Positions 57,401-64,000 of a DNA stretch of 64,000 bases are shown in pieces. The translations under genes and the position numbers were made by a program. Origin of the DNA: the human T2T-CHM13v2.0 reference genome, Homo sapiens; the NCBI RefSeq assembly GCF_009914755.1, contig NC_060927.1. One strand, written 5' to 3'. The notes below the pieces were generated by a model, which was not told the DNA's origin, searched no databases, and worked only from the letters and a program-made list of their open reading frames with translations. Numbering within the stretch: the first letter of the stretch is position 1; each line of letters begins with the position of its first letter.

Positions 57401-59101
57401 GGGTTTAGGGCTGTAAAGCGTCTCAGGGATGCTGCCGAATGAGCCATGAACTGGGCTGGGTTTTTCATATTTGATGAAAGAGCCTAAATGCTCACGATTT
57501 GGGAGAGGTCTGATAAGGAAAAAGGAGCATTAACCTTGACTATGCCTTTAGCTTCAGCCACCTTTTTAAGAGGAAATTGCTGGGCAGGTGGGGGAGGGCT
57601 ACTCACGGAATGAAACTGTAAACCGGACCAGGTGTGAGGAGGGGAGGTGATAAAAAGATTATAGGGTGGAGGAGCGGAGGTTGAGGAAGAATTGGGACCT
57701 AGCTCGGCCTGGCGAGGAGCAGCCTGGGGAGGAGGGGAAAGGTCAGATGGGTCTGTAGAAAAGGAAGATTAGAAAGACTCAGTGACGCTTGGGGTTGGGA
57801 TTGAGGGGACAGGCGGGAGGGAAAAAAGGAAGATTTGGGACGAGTTGCACGGGCACAGAGACTAGGAAGGGACCAATGTGTAAAAGAATGTCTGGTCGTC
57901 AGGCACCTCAGACCGTTTGCCTATTTTATGACAAGAATTATTTAGATCTTGCAGGATGGAAAAATTGAAAGTGCCGTTTTCTGGCTATTTGGAACTACTG
58001 TCGAGTTTGTATTGGGGTCAAGTGGCATTGCAGAAGAAAATAAGGCATTTAGGTTTTAGGTCAGGTGTGAGTTGAAGAGCTTTTAAGTTTTTGAGAACAC
58101 AGGCTAAGGGAGAAGAAGGAGGAATGGAAGGTGGAAGGTTGCCCATAGTGAAGGAAGCAAGTCCAGAGAGAAGGGAGAGTAGAGACATGGAGGGAAGGGA
58201 TTCGGGGGTTCTTACCCTCCAGAAAAGCAGGAAAGGGGTCAGGGCACAGAGATACGAGGTCAGGGCATGGAAATAAAGGATAGGGGTGCAGAGATATAAG
58301 AGGTTGGGGCATGGAAATAAGGGATCAGGGTGCAGAGATATAAGTAGTCGGGGCATGGAAATAAGGGATTGGGGTGCAGAGATATGAGGTTGGGGTACTT
58401 GCCACTCTCCCAGAAAAGCAGAACTTGCCACTAAGGGTGAAGGAGAAGGGGTTGGGGGTTTCTTGCCCCCCAGAAAGGAGGAGAAGGGGTAGAGACACAG
58501 AGAAGGGGTTGGGGTACTTCCCCCTCCCCTAGAAAAGCAGGACTTGCCACTAAGAGTGAAGGAGAAGGGGTCAGGGGTTTCTTGCCCCCCAGAAAGGCAG
58601 AGAAGGGGTAGAGACATGGAGAGAAGGGGTTGGGGTACTTGCCCCTCCCCCAGAAAAGCAGGACTTGCCGCTAAGAGTGAAAGACCAAGGCAGGCATCCC
58701 TGTGTGGTCTGACACCTCTGAAACCTGAGTGAATAACTAGAGAGGCATCCCTGCAATGATTAAACACCAAGAGAAGGCTGCCTTCCCTAGTCCATGACCG
58801 GCGCCGGAGTTTTGGGTCCAAGGATAAAATGTGTCTCCTTTGTCTCTACCAGAAAATGAAAGGAATTGAAATTAAGAGAAGGGAGAGATTGAAGTGTGGC
58901 ACCAAGATTGAAAGGAGAAAGAGGTTGAGGGATAGTGAGGGAGGTTGGAGAAGAGAGTAAAAAGAGGCTGCTTACCAGATTTGAAATTGGTGAGATGTTT
59001 CTTGGGCTGGTCGGTCTGCGGACCTGAGGTCATAGGTGAATCTTTCTCATGGAGCAAAGAGCAGGAGGACAGGGGATTGATCTCTCAAGGGAGGCCCCCC
59101 G

Positions 59102-59119
59102 ATCTGAGTCACGGCACCA
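59102..59119 (-). other. tRNA-His primer binding site, provirus B
   Basis: TGGTGCCGTGACTCAGAT directly after the 5' LTR. Confidence 0.9.
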
Positions 59120-59121
59120 AA

Positions 59122-59623
59122 TTTCATGCGTGTCCGTGTGAAGAGACCACGAAACAGGCTTTGTGTGAGCAATAAAGCTTTCAATCATCTGGGTGCAGGC
59201 AGGCTGAGTCCGAAAAGAGAGTCAGCGAAGGGAGATAGGGGTGGGGCCGTTTTATAAGATTTGGGCAGGTAAAGGAAAATTACAGTCAAAGGGGATTTGT
59301 TCTTTGGCGGGCAGGAGTGGGGGTCGCAAGGTGCTCAGTGGGGGTGATTTTTGAGCCAGGATGAGCCAGGAAAAGGACTTTCACAAGGTAATGTCATCAC
59401 ATAAGGCAAGGACCCGCCATTTTCACTTCTTTTGTGGTGGAATATCATCAGTTAAGGCAAGGACCAGCCATTTACACTTCTTTTGTGGTGGAATGTCATC
59501 AGTTAAGGTGGGGCAGGGCATATTCACTTCTTTTGTGATTCTTCAGTTACTTCAGGCCATCTGGGCATATACATGTAAGTCACAGGGGATGTGATGGCTT
59601 GGCTTGGACTCAGAGGCCTGACA
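59122..59623 (-). promoter_or_regulatory. 5' LTR7 of provirus B (502 bp), putative promoter/enhancer
   Basis: Collinear with the 3' LTR; TATA and GC/GT box intact; splice donor TG|GTAAGC downstream at about 58970-58977. Confidence 0.9.
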
Positions 59624-60876
59624 GGGACCACACGTGTGCAGTGCACCACTATGCCCAGCTAAGTTTTTTATTTTTAGAGACGAGGTTTGCTATGTTGCCC
59701 AGGCTTGTTTCCAACTCCTGAGCTCAAGTGATCTTCCCACCTTGGTCTCCCAACGTGCTCGGATTACAGGCATGAACCATCTTGCCCAGACCCATCCCTT
59801 GTTTTTTTACCTATCAGATGAACTCTCTTTGTTCCCCATGTAGAGGCAGAGACTATTACCAGTGACATTCCAGTTCATTTCCTTTTTCAAATTCTTTTCT
59901 GGATTGCTTCTCTTCCTTTTAACAAAGAGGGAAAGTACAGTTCAGTGGGGGCAGGAGACATGGGCCTAGCAGGCAGTCTGTGCCACCAGGCTGTCAGCAT
60001 TAGGACTAAGTCTCTCACAGACATTCTAGAGCTGCCCCTGGGGCTTTGCCTGCTTTGGCCTCAGGACAAGTGATCAGTGAAGAGCATTCCAAGGAGTTGA
60101 GTCTACCCTTCAAGATTCCTTACATATTTTCTGGAAAAAAAAAAAAAAAACACTTGGTGCCTTCAGATTCATATGCAAAGGACCTCTGTGCAAATGAAAA
60201 GCCTAGTAATTATCAAGAATACGTATCATAATTTTACAATTTAAAATATTTACTTAGCACTTTAAAGTCTTGAAACAAATTATTGCCTTAGGTTGTGTTT
60301 TTTAAAATAGTGAAATAGTTTAGGTATTTAAGTTCTAGCCCTCGCAGTAAGCTATTTTTATATTGATTTTTATCTGTGCCAAATATGGTGCTAATAGCAA
60401 GCAATGGGGGAGAGTATTATGTGTCTATTGACACTGCATGAAGTATAAGTTCACCATTATTGTGTCTACACTTATAGCATGGATTTGCCCAGTGCTGCTG
60501 AAAGGATGCCCAAGGATGTCTTTCTCCTGAATGAAGTCTCAGTGGCATGGCAGTTTGGGAAACGTTGGCCTAAAACAGAAAACGTCTTCCCAGGTGTGGG
60601 GGTGTTAGAGCAGCAGAACAATGCAAGGAACTTCAAAACTCCTGATGCCCAGACTATACCCTAGTTAGACCAACTGAGTCAGAATTCCCCGGGGTGGGCG
60701 AGACTTGAGTGAGAACCTACTGTTAGGAGAAAATATGTCTTCTCTCATTGTTTCCATTTCCCCCTTGTTCTGGGCTCTGTGGGCAGGAGAGTGGGAAAAA
60801 TAAAAAAGAGGATGAAGTGGGGCCTTTAAAATGTCTTGGAGAATAACCACCACCACCACAGGAAGTGCAGGGACCC

Positions 60877-60894
60877 CGCTCCCCCTAGTGGCGG
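60877..60894 (-). promoter_or_regulatory. Putative CTCF binding site
   Basis: Minus strand CGCCACTAGGGGGAGCG closely matches the CTCF core CCASYAGRKGGCRS; lies in a CpG-retaining patch with GGAAGTG motifs. Confidence 0.6.
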
Positions 60895-62254
60895 TGTGCC
60901 GGAGGCAGCTGGAAGTGCCTGGCCGGCCTGGCCGGCCTGGGCGTTATGTGTGTTAGGAAAGCCGTGTGTCTTCTGCAGGCTTCCTTTTTATAAAATGTGT
61001 ATTCTATTTATGCGTATTTATTTAAATTTTATTATGTTTACCTATTTATTTATTGTTTATAAATATATGCTTTCTGTATTTTTGTATTTTATGTTTATAT
61101 AAAGGTGTCCACTGTGGAGCTCTCTAACATGTTCTGAGTCTAGAGGAGGCAGGTGAAGGTGAAGGCCACACGGTGACCCCAGATGCTGTTCCCTGGGTGG
61201 GATCTGATGCCTTATTCTGAAAACGTGGGGCACAGTGGCCTGGCTTTCAGAGCAGATCTGACCTTGGAGTGGATTGGTCCCCATCCCTTCAACACACACA
61301 TATACACATTTCCCCAGTTCCTGCAGAGCAAAGATATGCCTGCTCCTTGATAAAACTTCAGCATTGGTCCTGGTCATTTTTCCCATAAGACTTCAACCAG
61401 GATCCTTTTGTGTCTTTCTCCTTGTGTTTAAAGCCAACCACATGTATTTTGACATGTGGACCTTTTGTACAAAAAGCCGTGATATCCTTTATCCCCACTT
61501 GGGTAATATTTCCTGCCCTGGGATGCGACGTGGGGTAGAGGGAGGGTGAATTCTGTCCTGAGGCTGCTGTGCCATATTCTGCTTGTTTGATTGGGCTTCT
61601 GCAACCTCTACTAAGAAATATACACTGCAAAGCAAGGTGAAGGGCAACAGCCCTGAGCACCACTTCTAGCAGGTGCGGAGAGAGATTCACAGCACCTGGC
61701 CCATGTGTCTTCCCACTCAGATACCAGTGGAGGCCCACGCACCATATGTCTGGATACCTAAAAGTTTTACATCAAGCTAAGAGACTGATGAATTAATATG
61801 TTCCGTCCTCCTACTTTTCATAAATATGTGTAAAGATCTGAGAGGCCAAGCTCAGCTGCAGCCTTCTTGGACTTCTCAGAGTTCTCCCCAGAATGTGATG
61901 ACCTGGGACAGCTAGGGATCCCCACTGGCAGCCCACTCACCCTCTTTTCCCATCCCCTGGCTTCATCCGACCCCACAAGGAGCCTCCTGCACATAGGCAC
62001 ACTGGCTTCCCTATCCAAGCCCTGTCCACACGAGCTTGTAAACAGCCTCCTTTTGGGGACCACAGGGGCCTAGACAGATTTATAATGGTAGCATAGTCTC
62101 CATGTGGAAGATGGAGATGTAGAAGAGTCCTGTGTAGGTCTGGAGACATGTGAGCAAAGAATTACTGCATCTCAAGTATCTGGAATGTGGAGAGAAGGGA
62201 AGAAATGGGTTCTGGATGGGCTCATTCCATTTTCATCGCTATACAAAGAAGGAT

Positions 62255-62712
62255 TTTTAAATTTTTTATGTTGGAATAATTTTAGATTTACAGAAAAGTC
62301 ACACATATAAGCAAAGAGAATTCCTGTATACCCCTCACCCAGTTTCTCCCATTGTTAATGTCTTACATTACCATGGTACATTTGTCAAAACTAAGAGCCC
62401 ATTATTGGTACGTAACTGTTATCTAAATTCCAGACATTCTTCAGACTTCACCAGTGTTCCTATTGATGACCTGTTACTTACTATTCTAGTATCTGATCCA
62501 GGACACTACATTGCATTTAGTTGCCATGTCTCTCCATTTGCTTCTGGCCTATGACAGTCTTCAGTCTTTCCTTGTTTTTTGTGACCCTGACAGGCTTTAG
62601 GAATGCTGTCCAGGTATCCTGTAGGATGTCTCCTAATCTGGGTTTGTCTGATTATTTTGCTTATGATTAGACTGGGGTTATGGAAGGAACACTGCAGAGG
62701 TGAAGTGCCCTG
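62255..62712 (-). mobile_element. Old L1M (L1MC/MB-like) 3' fragment
   Basis: GGAATAATTTTAGATTTACAGAAAAGT...CCCTCACCCAGTTTCTCCCATTGTTAA...ATGATTAGACTGGGGTTATGG. Confidence 0.7.
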
Positions 62713-63855
62713 TTTCTGTCCATGCGGGCTGCTGTGCTTTCCATCTCAGGTACAATGGTTCCCTGCAGAGGTCCAAACTCAAATGTCTTCAAAAGCCAGG
62801 CAGGTAATACAACTGAGGTGAAGAAGTGGAAAAGAGCAGGATCAAATGACAGAAAGAAACAAAGGGCAGTGGCAAAGCTGAGAGTGCTTCCTCAACTGAA
62901 AGGGCTGCAAATTCATGTTTTGTCTACAATACTCTGCTGGTCAAATCAAACATTCTGTAGGTTGGCTCAGGCTCCTCCACGGTAAAAACTTGGTGCCATA
63001 CTCTTAAGCATATACGGTCATACAGACAAGACCGAGGCTAGTCTTTCTGGGCTATACTAACCCTTTTCTCATGTCAGCAGCTTTTGTCCTGAATGTAGCT
63101 CCTTGGTAACATTTCCTTGGAAAGATCTGAAAAAGAGCCTTCACTTGGAAGCCAAGAGCTCTTGATCCCAGCAGGTTACTCACTTGTCAGTGTCCATGTA
63201 GCTGACTCACCTTAGGCCTAGATGTTAGAATCCATTTTCTTACCAACCTCACACAGTTATAGTGCAACATGAGTCATTTGTTGCACTTCTATGAATGAGT
63301 TATTGAGCATTTCTATACATGCATTTATATATCAATCAAGATAGGCTAGGTTACGCTGCGGTAAAAAAACAACCCCCAGGTCTCAGTGGCTTAACATTAC
63401 AAGTTTCACTAGGATGAACATACATTGTCAAATTGTGCCTGTTGTCCCTTTTACCCTCAAAATGATCCAGTTTGAAATCCTAGTTCTCCATGATACTACA
63501 TGTCCAAAGCAAGTCAGAAGAAGGGTATGAAGACTCAAGCTGGCAGAGGCATCATCTTGACACGTTTTCACCAACATTTGGCAGTGGGAAGGGAGTGTAG
63601 CAAATTGCACATCAACTTTTAAGGCTTCCACTTACAAACATTAACTGTAGCTAATCACATGGCCAAATCTAGCTTCCAAGGAGGAAGTGAAGTTCAATGT
63701 CTAGAAAATGAAAGCCAGAAATAATTTGTGAATAATACTAACAACTGGATCGGTTAGGATCAAATGTTTCATGTGAAAATCATCAAAACCATAATGGTAT
63801 TTGGCAACTGTCAATGAAGATGATGTTTATAAATGCTTCAGCTGATTTTGTCAAT

Positions 63856-64000
63856 GTGGAGATTAATTTTATATGTCTACTTGACTGGCTTAAGGGATGT
63901 CCAGGTGGCAGGTAAAACAATATTTCTGGGTGTATCTCTGAGGATGTTTCCAGAAAAGATTAGCATTCGAATCAGTGGACTAAGTAAAGAAGCTCTGCCC
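63856..64000 (+). mobile_element. MLT2 (ERVL) LTR 5' part, cut by the window edge
   Basis: TGTGGAGATTAATTTTATATGTCTACTTGACTGG...TTTCTGGGTGTATCTCTGAGGATGTTTCCAGAAAAGATTAGCATT. Confidence 0.8.

Noticed and set aside
58018-58821. 267-aa ORF as a novel protein
   Set aside because: Arises from low-complexity C/T-rich leader repeats with few stop codons; no domain evidence

Overview
Eukaryotic, primate (human-like) non-coding DNA dominated by transposable elements; I can support no intact host protein-coding gene. Main contents: a full-length L1PA8-like LINE-1 (15439-21938, minus, 18-bp TSD, splitting a MER5); an RPL28 processed pseudogene (about 24124-24618, minus); a full-length L1PA3/L1PA4-like LINE-1 (about 32698-38843, minus) with an open antisense ORF0; and two co-oriented HERV-H proviruses 3.5 kb apart (42492-48579 env-deleted; 52073-59623 with near full-length env, inserted in an Alu with a GGGAC TSD). 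There are also Alus, MaLR/ERVL/ERV1 solo LTRs, MER DNA transposons and MIR/L2/L1M fossils. The most notable signals are a 287-bp perfectly identical tract shared by the two otherwise diverged proviruses (apparent gene conversion), their complementary pol/env deletions, a 720-bp non-TE direct duplication with an identity gradient, a 52-bp palindrome inside a THE1 LTR, an orphan 35-bp repeat, and a strong CTCF motif upstream of the HERV-H pair. Subfamily names come from remembered consensus sequences and were not checked against a database.
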